Assembly (NCBI GenBank): GCA_965205015.1
Contig: OZ242029.1
Span: forward strand, 192,001 to 256,000
Origin: Candidatus Poribacteria bacterium
GTDB taxonomy: Bacteria; Poribacteria; WGA-4E; WGA-3G
Direction: 5' to 3'
Length of the DNA stretch: 64,000 nucleotides
Shown here: positions 10,386-19,486 of the stretch, piece by piece
Numbering within the stretch: the first letter of the stretch is position 1
How the letters are laid out: every line of letters starts with the position of its first letter
Position numbers and translations under genes: made by a program
Notes under the pieces: model-generated
Told to the model about the DNA's origin: nothing
Databases searched by the model: none
Seen by the model: the letters and a program-made list of their open reading frames with translations, nothing else

Positions 10386-11759
10386 ATGGCAACTTTAACA
10401 CAGACCGAGAACCAAATCAGACCGCTGTATATTGACGGATACACACACCAACTCAGTTATGTTCCCGGCGAAGAAATCGCGTTCCACATCTCAACGAGTG
10501 CAGAAAATTATTCGCTTGAGATCGCTCGTATCGGGGCGACGCGCGAGGTCGTCTGGCGTCAAGCAGAACTCCCCGGTGAAGCACAACCCATCCCCGCAGA
10601 TGCGTCATCGCAGGGATGCGGATGGTCTCCCATCTTTACGCTCGAAGTCCCCGAAACGTGGCAGAGCGGCTATTATGAAGGCACACTCCGTGCAACCGAT
10701 GGTGGGGGTGGCCACGTTTATAGGAATCAGCGCACGGCTGAAAGCACGCTCTTCTTTATTGTCCGTCCTGCGAAACCGGGAGCAAATACACCTATCCTGC
10801 TCCAACTCTCTACGAACACCTATAACGCATACAACAACTGGGGAGGCTTCAGCCTCTACGGGTATCACGGAGCAAGCAAGATACAGGGAAACCGCGTCTC
10901 GTTCGATCGACCTACGCGCGGTATCTGCAGTAACTGGGAATTGCCTTTTATCGTCTGGGCAGAGCAGAACGGATATACACTCGACTACGCCGCGAACTCC
11001 GACTTGGAATTCCACCCTGAAATATTAGAACATTACAAACTCGTCTTGAGTGTTGGGCACGATGAATACTGGTCTGCCCCGATGCGCGATAACCTTGAGG
11101 CATTCATCGCCAACGGCGGAAATGCCGCCTTCTTCAGCGGGAATTCCGTCTGCTGGCAGGTCCGCTCCGAAGATGACGGCAGAGCCCTCGTCTGCTGGAA
11201 GCAAACCTATAACCAAGATCCAGTTTTCAAGACTGATGATTACAGTACCCTCAGCACACTCTGGAGCCACTATCTCGTAGATCGTCCTGAGAACCAGTTG
11301 ACCGGCGTAGGCTTCCTTCAAGGCGGTTATCACCTGAGTCACGGTCAATTTATGGACGGTCCAGGGGAATACACCGTCCATCGTCCAGAACACTGGATAT
11401 TTGAAGGCACAAACCTCTCGCGAGATGATACCTTCGGCGGCGAAAACACCATTGTCGGTTACGAATGCGACGGATGCGAGTGGACCCTCGTAGACGGTTT
11501 GCCGGTCCCGACCTATCAAGACGGCACACCTGAGGGCTTCACGATCCTCGCGACGGCTCCCGTCCGCTGGCATCCCGACGACTGCGAATGGTATGAACGC
11601 TGGGAAAGAGGGAGAACCGGTGCCGCAACGATGGGCATCTATACGAAAGACGGGACCGTTTTCACTGCCGCTACAACCGACTGGTCACACGGCTTGGCGG
11701 GTGGCGACGCGGTGGTTGAACGCATTACGCACAACGTCCTGCGGCGGCTCACAGGATAA
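10386..11759 (+). CDS. N,N-dimethylformamidase beta-subunit family (DUF6605-like) protein
   Basis: TYNAYNNWGG, VSFDRP, SVGHDEYWS and VGYECD motifs; start chosen from the RBS. Confidence 0.8.
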   Translation: MATLTQTENQIRPLYIDGYTHQLSYVPGEEIAFHISTSAENYSLEIARIGATREVVWRQAELPGEAQPIPADASSQGCGWSPIFTLEVPETWQSGYYEGTLRATDGGGGHVYRNQRTAESTLFFIVRPAKPGANTPILLQLSTNTYNAYNNWGGFSLYGYHGASKIQGNRVSFDRPTRGICSNWELPFIVWAEQNGYTLDYAANSDLEFHPEILEHYKLVLSVGHDEYWSAPMRDNLEAFIANGGNAAFFSGNSVCWQVRSEDDGRALVCWKQTYNQDPVFKTDDYSTLSTLWSHYLVDRPENQLTGVGFLQGGYHLSHGQFMDGPGEYTVHRPEHWIFEGTNLSRDDTFGGENTIVGYECDGCEWTLVDGLPVPTYQDGTPEGFTILATAPVRWHPDDCEWYERWERGRTGAATMGIYTKDGTVFTAATTDWSHGLAGGDAVVERITHNVLRRLTG

Positions 11760-11770
11760 GTACGCGTTAT

Positions 11771-13290
11771 CAAAACCTCCGAGTCTAAAACCCCCTGCTT
11801 CAGCTGGGGGATACAGACTCGCTTTTGTGGACAGGGCCACGGGGTTATCTGTGAAAATTAATGTGCTTTTGCAGGCAAATCGTGGTATAATGAAAGTATC
11901 GTATGAGGACCGGCATTATCAGCGTTACGGACTTGGGAGCGTGTCGGTTCCACCCACTGAGAAGGGGTAAAAGATGCGATATGCGAGAATCCAGCAATGC
12001 CGAAGTTTCACCGCACCGATATCCTGAAAATAGAACCTCAACCGATATATGCTGAGATCAATGAGGCGTCGGGGTCTGTATGGAACGAGTGTCTCTCTCA
12101 AATGTCAATGTATCAGTGGCACCGTGGGTATCCTCACGCGTGGGACTTTTTCTACTTTGGTCCGGAGTGTGAAGGCTGGATTGATAAAAGGCTTACCAAA
12201 TCCCAACCTTTGCATTCACAAAGTATTCAAGCTGTTCGTGAACGTTACTTTAAATCTTGGGAGTCCTATCGTATTCTGAAAAAGGGTAACCCAACTGCGA
12301 GACCTCCACGGAAGCCGAAACGCTTTTTGACGACCCGTTGGAAAAAATCAGCGATTCGCTTTCAAGACGGCTGCGTCTCTCTGTCAATGGGACTGGGTAG
12401 AGATCGCCTCTGTATCCCTTTGCCTTCCAACTTCAATATGTCCAAAACGGAGCAGATTGCGACGATTGATTTGGTCTACACCTTCGGTCAATGGGAACTC
12501 CATTTCTCCTATAGATACGAGTTGGAAAAGACCGAAACAGGTAAAGGGGTTGTCGGCGTTGATATTGGTGAAATACACCCGATTGTGAGTCATGACGGAA
12601 CAGACACACGGATTTTCAATGGACGGTATATCCGCTCGCTCTATCGCCATAGAAACAAAGTGATTGCCGAGTTCAGTCAAGCCATCAGCCGGTGTAAACG
12701 CCATTCGAAACGCTGGTGGAAACTCACGCGTCGGAAGTGGAAACGTATCAAAAAGATTGACAATCAGCTTAAAGATGCGTTGCATCAACATACCTGTAAG
12801 TTTCTAAAGTATTGCAACCTCAAAGGCATCGGCACGATTGTGCTTGGCGACCTCACCGGTATCCGTCATCGCATTCACTACGGAAAACGTGCCAACCAGA
12901 AACTTCACCAGTGGGCTTTTGGTAAAATCACAGCGTTGCTAACCTACAAAGCGAAGGTGTTTGGTATCAAGGTTGTGCAGATTGACGAGGCCTACACCTC
13001 ACAAACTTGCCCAAGCTGTGGCAATCGGAAGAAACCTACAAATCGGACCTATACCTGCCCCTGCGGGTTCAAATACCATCGCGACGGTGTAGGTGCTATC
13101 AATATCAGAGCAAAGTATCTGGGACACTTTGGTGTCCCCGTAGTGGCGGACATGGACCTGCGAACCATGAAGATGACACCGCCCTTGGGCTTTCGACTGA
13201 AAGTCCCTGTTGCCTCGTCTTAGACGCGAGGAATGTTCCTACAAGGAACAAAAGAACCCCTGGTTTCCTTTAGGCTTGGGAGTATGTCAG
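11771..13290 (+). mobile_element. Non-autonomous IS200/IS605-family (IS1341-type) element carrying tnpB only
   Basis: Left-end hairpin cgagtct-aaaa-ccccc-tgcttcagct-ggggg-atac-agactcg preceded by TTAT; right-end hairpin gaac-ccc...ggg-agtatgTCAG; no target duplication; no tnpA. Confidence 0.85.
11997..13223 (+). CDS. tnpB: RNA-guided endonuclease TnpB
   Basis: LHSQSIQ, RuvC-I GVDIG, IVLGDL, IDEAYTSQTCPSC...CPCG zinc finger, RuvC-III HRDGVGAINI. Confidence 0.93.
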   Translation: MPKFHRTDILKIEPQPIYAEINEASGSVWNECLSQMSMYQWHRGYPHAWDFFYFGPECEGWIDKRLTKSQPLHSQSIQAVRERYFKSWESYRILKKGNPTARPPRKPKRFLTTRWKKSAIRFQDGCVSLSMGLGRDRLCIPLPSNFNMSKTEQIATIDLVYTFGQWELHFSYRYELEKTETGKGVVGVDIGEIHPIVSHDGTDTRIFNGRYIRSLYRHRNKVIAEFSQAISRCKRHSKRWWKLTRRKWKRIKKIDNQLKDALHQHTCKFLKYCNLKGIGTIVLGDLTGIRHRIHYGKRANQKLHQWAFGKITALLTYKAKVFGIKVVQIDEAYTSQTCPSCGNRKKPTNRTYTCPCGFKYHRDGVGAINIRAKYLGHFGVPVVADMDLRTMKMTPPLGFRLKVPVASS

Positions 13291-13310
13291 ATCTCTTTAC
13301 GCTGAAATGA
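13130..13310 (+). ncRNA. Predicted omegaRNA/reRNA scaffold plus flank-derived guide; 5' boundary approximate
   Basis: Inferred from known TnpB architecture: the scaffold overlaps the tnpB 3' end and right end, and the guide follows TCAG. Confidence 0.55.
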
Positions 13311-14735
13311 GACGTGTGCTGCTGCAAATAACACCATGAAAAAGAGCAATAGCAGCATCACGTTCAGAATCGCGCCCTTGAAGGCATCCTCTAAACGCAC
13401 CCGGTCCTGAAATTTAGGCATACTTTCAAAGGGAACGGGCTTATCAGACATGCCTTCTCTAACAAAAGGGATGTGTAGACTGTCTGGATCCGCGCGATCG
13501 GCAGAGATGAGGAAATCATTGAATTCATCGGCATAACGCTCGGCGTTCTTCAAGAAATCCAAATGTCTTTGGAATCCTGTTCCAGCAAGGGATTCGATGG
13601 CATGTTGTGTGACCGCAGTGGGTGAGATCCGATTCACTTCCCTGGCAATCCGAATTTGATTGATTTGGGCACGCAAGAACATTTTATTTAAGCGTTTTCC
13701 CTCTTGAAGTTCTTCATTGAGAAATTCCGCCCACAGCAGTGTTGCTGGTGTTGGTGGATGTTGGCGGGTTGGGGCTTCTTCCTCTAATCCGCGTGCCTTG
13801 TAGCGTTCATAGAGTCCACTACGCGTGAAATGTATAGGGCTCGGTCCCTTCCGGATTGATGGCAAGTTCAGCCCGCTCATAATTGTTCCAAGCATTGACG
13901 GTACGAGGATAACCCAAATTACCCATATGAGCAGCAGAATGACGAGGCTTGTTGAAGGGGTGTTAAGAAGTGTTGAGATGAAAAGTCCTAAGGCGATAAA
14001 GACAGAGATATATATCAAACCTACGACGAAAATACCACCGATTCTGTACCATTCTTGGGTGTCTAATTGCAGGTTTCCAGAGAGATAGAGCAGTAGGAGA
14101 TTCATCAATACCCCGCTCATGAAAACAGCACCGAGGCTAAACAGATTGCTTAGGAATTTCCCAGTGAGCAGCGTTTGACGCGCAACGGAATTTGACAAGG
14201 TCAACCGGAGAGTTCCTTGTGCCATTTCACCAGCAACCGCGTCGAAGGTAAAAATTAGTGCAAGGAAGCTGAGAATGTTTGCAATGATAAGCGTCCAGTC
14301 GATCCTTAAGAAGATTGGAAAGATGTCGGCTGCCCGGATTGGCGGAAAACTGGTATACTTCAATCTCCAGATACCCGAAAAAGGATAGTTTTTCCCATCT
14401 ATAACGGGACTCATACCATAGCCCGCACTCCATCCCAATACAGACGCTGGTAGATTATTTTCACTACCGTGTGCACAGAAAGAGAGTGCGGAGGGTGTCT
14501 TGTAAAGCACGCCCGGCCCGCGGATGACGAGGTTGTAGAACTGACGGCTATCGCGTTCCAGTGCTGTCAAAGCCTTTGAGACGTTTCGCCGATATTCTGT
14601 TTGCTGTATTTTAGACGCGCCTATATGCCCCAAGGCGTTGACGATCATCAAAAAAACAGTCAGTAGCATCGCGAGTGCGAAACGGAGACTGCTGATCTGC
14701 TCAAATAATTCGCGTTTGATAATATACCACAGCAT
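13287..14735 (-). CDS. ABC-2 type transporter permease
   Basis: IIKREL...LRF N-terminus, FDAVAGE..QGTLRLTLSN, multiple TM helices. Confidence 0.85.
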   Translation of the reverse strand: MLWYIIKRELFEQISSLRFALAMLLTVFLMIVNALGHIGASKIQQTEYRRNVSKALTALERDSRQFYNLVIRGPGVLYKTPSALSFCAHGSENNLPASVLGWSAGYGMSPVIDGKNYPFSGIWRLKYTSFPPIRAADIFPIFLRIDWTLIIANILSFLALIFTFDAVAGEMAQGTLRLTLSNSVARQTLLTGKFLSNLFSLGAVFMSGVLMNLLLLYLSGNLQLDTQEWYRIGGIFVVGLIYISVFIALGLFISTLLNTPSTSLVILLLIWVIWVILVPSMLGTIMSGLNLPSIRKGPSPIHFTRSGLYERYKARGLEEEAPTRQHPPTPATLLWAEFLNEELQEGKRLNKMFLRAQINQIRIAREVNRISPTAVTQHAIESLAGTGFQRHLDFLKNAERYADEFNDFLISADRADPDSLHIPFVREGMSDKPVPFESMPKFQDRVRLEDAFKGAILNVMLLLLFFMVLFAAAHVSFQRKEI

Positions 14736-14736
14736 G

Positions 14737-16191
14737 TCATATCTCCTGTCGGCAGAAGACAGCAAAAGCGGTCATAAATAGCACTGGGTTAAGAAGGAAA
14801 AGGAGGAGAAGGTCTGGGAGTGCACGGTTACTGGCATCTCCAGAGACGCTTGGCAGGTGATACGAGAATCGGGGGACATCCGCCCATCGGACACCGCCTT
14901 TATCACTCGCAAACCATTGGCGTGAATTGAACGCCTTTTGGTCGTAAAAATAGCCTAAGAGCGTCTCTCTGTACTGCCGACCTGCGTTGAAGAAGTCTTC
15001 CATTCTGGCGATATCTGTGCCTGCCCATGCCGCGGTTGAGAGTTGATATAAACCTGTAGGTGAAAATCGGAGAACGTTTCGGGCGGTGCGCGATTTAGGG
15101 ATATAGGTTTCAGAAAAGGCTTGCTCTCGGACCCGCCAGACTGCTTTCGCTGTGTTCATCTGCAATGCTGTTATGGTTTCAAAATAGGCTTTCACGGCGG
15201 GGACATCCGGCTCGCTTTCCACCGGAATAGATGTGATCGTCTTACTCCGATGGGTGTAACCGCCATGCCACCCCCGTCCGAGATGCTCAAAGGGGTTCTG
15301 TAACTTTTCTTCCTCGCGATAGAAACGCTCGGCAAGTTGGTCAATGTGTTGATGTGCTTGCGCCATTCTCTCCGACGTATCCATAAAGCGGTTCACAAGA
15401 AATAGGCTCACGTTCGGATAGAGCAACGTCAGTACTACCCAGATGAACATTGAAACAATAAGGGATGTTGCCGTGCGGTGAATTATGCTGGAGATAAGCA
15501 ACCCAATGAGATAGAACGTGGAGGTATAAATAACCGTTGTAAGGAAGATACCTCCGACGCGTAGGAATTCATCAGGGGTGTAATGGATAGCATTGGATTG
15601 AAGTTGCAGCAGGAGTGCCAATAAGAAACTCATTAACAGGGGTAGTGTCAAGCATAACATAGCACCCAAATATTTTGACAATACAATCAAGCCGCGTCCA
15701 ACAGGGTTGACAAGGATTAGGCGTAACGTACCATTCTCGCGGTCGCCAGCGATCGCGTCGTAAGCAAACACCAGGGCAAGGAGGCTTGAAAGAATTTGGA
15801 AGATAGAAACCAGATCTATATCAGCAAGGAGATGTCGGAACGGATTATTGAAGCCGGCACTGCGGTAGACATCCGCCCATAAGAAGGGGACCTCTCCAAG
15901 GCGGATCTGGATAGAATTTCCTGCACGCTTGTCAAGCCCTTGATTGAAGAGACTCAACGGATTCGGGGCTCTGTCAAGAAAGGGCGTAAAATCTGAGTAG
16001 GTTTCCGCACGAGTAGCTCGCTCCTGGTGTTCTTGGACTGCGGCGTTGTAACTCGCAAGCCTTCGTTCATAGTTGTCTGTTAAAACAATGCTGCCCGCGA
16101 GCACAAGGAGGAGATATGAAATCAGGGTTACCAAAAACCGGAACGTCATTAAATTGGTTAAAAGTTCATGTCGAATCAGCGTCCAAATCAC
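14737..16191 (-). CDS. ABC-2 type transporter permease (paralog of the downstream gene)
   Basis: YDAIAGDRENGTLRLIL, multiple TM helices, C-terminal RQEI similar to RKEI of its neighbour. Confidence 0.85.
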   Translation of the reverse strand: MIWTLIRHELLTNLMTFRFLVTLISYLLLVLAGSIVLTDNYERRLASYNAAVQEHQERATRAETYSDFTPFLDRAPNPLSLFNQGLDKRAGNSIQIRLGEVPFLWADVYRSAGFNNPFRHLLADIDLVSIFQILSSLLALVFAYDAIAGDRENGTLRLILVNPVGRGLIVLSKYLGAMLCLTLPLLMSFLLALLLQLQSNAIHYTPDEFLRVGGIFLTTVIYTSTFYLIGLLISSIIHRTATSLIVSMFIWVVLTLLYPNVSLFLVNRFMDTSERMAQAHQHIDQLAERFYREEEKLQNPFEHLGRGWHGGYTHRSKTITSIPVESEPDVPAVKAYFETITALQMNTAKAVWRVREQAFSETYIPKSRTARNVLRFSPTGLYQLSTAAWAGTDIARMEDFFNAGRQYRETLLGYFYDQKAFNSRQWFASDKGGVRWADVPRFSYHLPSVSGDASNRALPDLLLLFLLNPVLFMTAFAVFCRQEI

Positions 16192-16323
16192 TTGTTGTTT
16201 CCGTTTTCACATTTTGCTGGGGTGGAACTTGCTTCTTTTCAATCTTCAAATGATCATACAACCTTCATTTATATACCCGCTTGGATGCACTTTTCAAGCG
16301 TTTAGCGGAATTGGAGTCGGAAG

Positions 16324-16349
16324 GTCGGAATTCGGAGATCCCGCCTATA
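16324..16349 (-). repeat. REP-like palindrome; near-identical copy at 24288-24312
   Basis: gtcggaattcggagatcccgcctata vs gtcgagattcggagatctcgcctac (GTAG foot on the minus strand). Confidence 0.65.
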
Positions 16350-16355
16350 AATATA

Positions 16356-16384
16356 TTGCCAATTGCGTGATGACGTGCTATTCT
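16356..16384 (+). promoter_or_regulatory. Sigma70-type promoter, probably leaderless transcript
   Basis: TTGCCA-17 nt-TATTCT with extended -10 TG, then 7 nt to ATG 16392, no SD. Confidence 0.55.
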
Positions 16385-16391
16385 ATTTAAT

Positions 16392-17798
16392 ATGAAAACG
16401 GAAACGCGAACCCCCTCAGCGATACACGCCCCCGGCGCAATCCTCTTGATCTCTTGCTACGAACTCGGGCACCGACCCATCGGACTCACCCGTCCACTTC
16501 GCGCCCTTGAAGCCGCAGGATTCGCGCCCGATGCAATTGATATTGCTGTCGAACCGCTGGACGTTGAGAAGGTCGAGCGCGCACACTTCATCGGCATCTC
16601 TGTCCCGATGCATACTGCATTGCGACTGGGGGTTCATCTCCTGGATCGTATCCGTCAACTCAAGCAGGGGACACCCTATACAATATGCATGTACGGGCTT
16701 TACGCGACGCTCAACGCCGATTACCTGCTTTCACACGGTGTCGATTTTTGCATCGCAGGAACAGATTCAACGCAACTCGTCGCGCTGGCGGAATCCCTTG
16801 CGAAAGAAAAACAGTTCGAGACACGGGAATCTGATTTCCTTGCGGAACTACCCCCTCTGGAGACGTATGCTCGATTTGAGGACCAAGATGAGGTGCGAAC
16901 TGTCGGGTATACAGAGACGACACACGGGTGCAAGCACCTCTGCACGCACTGCCCCATTCCGCCTGTCTATAACGGCAAGTTTTTCGCTGTGCAACGCGAC
17001 ACCGTCCTCGCCGAAATAGCGGAACAGGTCGTGGAAGGTGCGACACATATCACCTTTGGGGATCCAGATTTTCTCAACGGTCCGACGCATGGACTCCGTA
17101 TCCTCCGGGCAATGCATGAGACTTTCCCAAGCCTCACTTTCGATTTCACCACCAAGATTGAGCATATCCTGAAAAATAGAGAACACTTCCCAGAATTCGC
17201 GCAACTCGGATGTCGGTTCGTCATCTCTGCCGTCGAAACACTGAACGAACAGGTGTTGACGATTTTGGAGAAGCATCACACGCGCGCCGATGTAGCGGAA
17301 GCGATTGACATCGTTCACGGAGCCGGGATCGCGTTGCGTCCGACATGGGTGCCGTTCACGCCGTGGACAACCTTGGACGACTATCTCGACCTCCTCCAGT
17401 TTATTGATACGCACGGTCTTGTGTATCACGTCGATCCGGTGCAGTACGCCGTTCGGCTGCTAATCCCACCCGGTTCATACTTGCTCAATCGTCCCGAAAC
17501 GAAAGAACTTTCACTGGTCCTTGACGAAGCCGCCTTCAGTTATACGTGGGCACATCCGGATGCCCGGATGGACGAACTTCATAAAACCGTCAATGCCCTC
17601 GTTGAAAACGACGCGCGAGCCGGTGTTGACGCGCTGAAAACCTTCTATCGGATATGGACCCTCGCTGCCGATATGCGAGGGCACTCCCCACCAACACAGA
17701 AAAAAGAAGCGCATCTACCCGCACCACGACTCACCGAAGCGTGGTTCTGCTGAGCGGAACCCACCAAAGGGCAGTTTGCCCCAATTCAATTTTTTTAG
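16392..17798 (+). CDS. B12-binding radical SAM selenoprotein with CUAEP tail (TGA 17751-17753 read as Sec)
   Basis: CxxxCxxC (CKHLCTHC); readthrough gives WFC-U-AEPTKGQFAPIQFF* ending at TAG 17796-17798; hairpin GGGCA-GTT-TGCCC downstream of the TGA. Confidence 0.85.
17754..17785 (+). promoter_or_regulatory. Candidate bacterial SECIS element
   Basis: Stem 17769-17773/17777-17781 with a G-first loop 20 nt after UGA. Confidence 0.5.
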
Positions 17799-17820
17799 AA
17801 TATTGGGTTAAGGAGAAAAT

Positions 17821-18507
17821 ATGTCAGAACAATTACAAGAATTACTCAATTTAGAGACTGCCCCTGTCGCGGTAACGTTTCACGACACACAACCGGACGG
17901 TGTTTCCCGTGTGGAAAAGGTCGAAGCCTCGGGTTGCACCTACTGGCGACGTGCCGCGGAAGGCAAAACCTTCTATACGGAAGCCCCCGACCATTACAAC
18001 TGTCCGATAGGGTGCTACACACATAACATTGCGTTACCAGACGCACAGATGAAAGAACTCGAAAACACACTCGGATTGATGGGCGAACTCGGCTACATCA
18101 CGATGGAAGAAGTCCCCGGTATCCCGACCCGGGACACCCCGTTCAAAAGCGCGGTCTATGCCCCTCTATCCAATGCAACAGACACGCCGGATGTCGTCAT
18201 CATCTCTGGCACCCCGAAACAGATGATGTTTTTAGCAGAAGCCGCGACGGCTGCTGGCATCGGGGCGGAAGATAGCGTCATGGGACGTCCAACATGTGCA
18301 GCCATCCCTGCCGTTATACAGGGGGGACGGAGCGTAAGTAGCTTGGGATGTATCGGCAACCGCGTCTATACTGCCCTCTCTGACGATGACTTCTACTTCG
18401 CTTTCCCCGGCAAACACATCGACGCGCTCGTTGAAAAGTTGGAAACGATTGTGAATGCGAATCAAGCGTTAGAGGAATACCATCAGCAACGCCAATCGGA
18501 TTTTTAA
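17821..18507 (+). CDS. DUF169-like Cys-rich protein
   Basis: L.L..APVAV, GCTYW, HYNCPIG, PDVVII...PKQMM.L, PTCA and LGCIGNR motifs. Confidence 0.8.
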   Translation: MSEQLQELLNLETAPVAVTFHDTQPDGVSRVEKVEASGCTYWRRAAEGKTFYTEAPDHYNCPIGCYTHNIALPDAQMKELENTLGLMGELGYITMEEVPGIPTRDTPFKSAVYAPLSNATDTPDVVIISGTPKQMMFLAEAATAAGIGAEDSVMGRPTCAAIPAVIQGGRSVSSLGCIGNRVYTALSDDDFYFAFPGKHIDALVEKLETIVNANQALEEYHQQRQSDF

Positions 18508-18651
18508 ACTTACCTTGCGGAGGTGCAACGTGGGTTAAGACTATTGCGCGCGTTTCTCAAATCCGCCCTCCTAGCGCAAGCCGCGTGTGGGCTTGCGGGA
18601 CAATGTTACGGGCTACGATTTCATTGCTAATAATGAGGAGATCCGAAGGTC

Positions 18652-19461
18652 ATGCAAAATGTCGCTGTTATCACTGGCGCAGCGAGCGGTATCGGACGAG
18701 GACTGGCAGAACGGTTCGCCGCGGCGGGTATGAAAGTCGTTCTCGCTGACGTTGAAGCGGCAGCGTTAGCCGAACTTGAGGCAGATTTAAAGGCTAAAGG
18801 TGCGACGGTTCTCACTATCAGAACGGACGTCTCAAACGCTACAGAGGTCGAAAATCTTGCCGCTCGAACACTGGACGTCTTTGGCGCCGTGCATATCCTC
18901 TGCAACAATGCGGGTGTCGTTTGTAGTCGACCTGTCTGGGAGCATACCCTCGCCGACTGGGAATGGGTGTTAGGCGTTAACCTGTGGGGCGTGATCCACG
19001 GCATTCGAGCGTTTGTCCCACACATGCTCGCGCAAGGGGACGAATGTCACATTGTGAACACGGCTTCCATCTTGGGTCTGGTAGGCGGCAGCGGTGAAGG
19101 TATCTATAAGGTAAGCAAACACGGTGTCGTCGCGCTTTCCGAAACCCTCGCCGCTGAATTGGCACAGAAAGGGGCTAACATTCAGGTACATGTGCTGTGT
19201 CCCGGATGGGTTCGCACAGGGATTCTGGATTCCGCCCGCAACCGTCCGGACGCATTGCAAAATCCAGCAGAGAAGAAGCGTCCACAAGACCTCGTTATTG
19301 GCGGTTCACGGAACACTCGCGCCGAGATGGAGGCGGGACTATCACCTACAGAGGTAGCAGAACATGTCTATAACGCCATCCAGGACGGCACCTTCTACAT
19401 TCACACACATCCTGAACACAAAGCATGGATTCGCGAGCGTATGGCGCGTATTCTCGAATAG
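18652..19461 (+). CDS. Short-chain dehydrogenase/reductase
   Basis: TGAASGIG, NNAG, YKVSK. Confidence 0.92.
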   Translation: MQNVAVITGAASGIGRGLAERFAAAGMKVVLADVEAAALAELEADLKAKGATVLTIRTDVSNATEVENLAARTLDVFGAVHILCNNAGVVCSRPVWEHTLADWEWVLGVNLWGVIHGIRAFVPHMLAQGDECHIVNTASILGLVGGSGEGIYKVSKHGVVALSETLAAELAQKGANIQVHVLCPGWVRTGILDSARNRPDALQNPAEKKRPQDLVIGGSRNTRAEMEAGLSPTEVAEHVYNAIQDGTFYIHTHPEHKAWIRERMARILE

Positions 19462-19486
19462 TCTCTGCCATCTTCACCGTATTTCA

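Noticed and set aside
11950-11996. tatgcgagaatccagc could be a decayed YARVSS motif of an IS607 serine recombinase
   Set aside because: Too short, needs an indel, and the element ends are hairpin-type IS200/IS605
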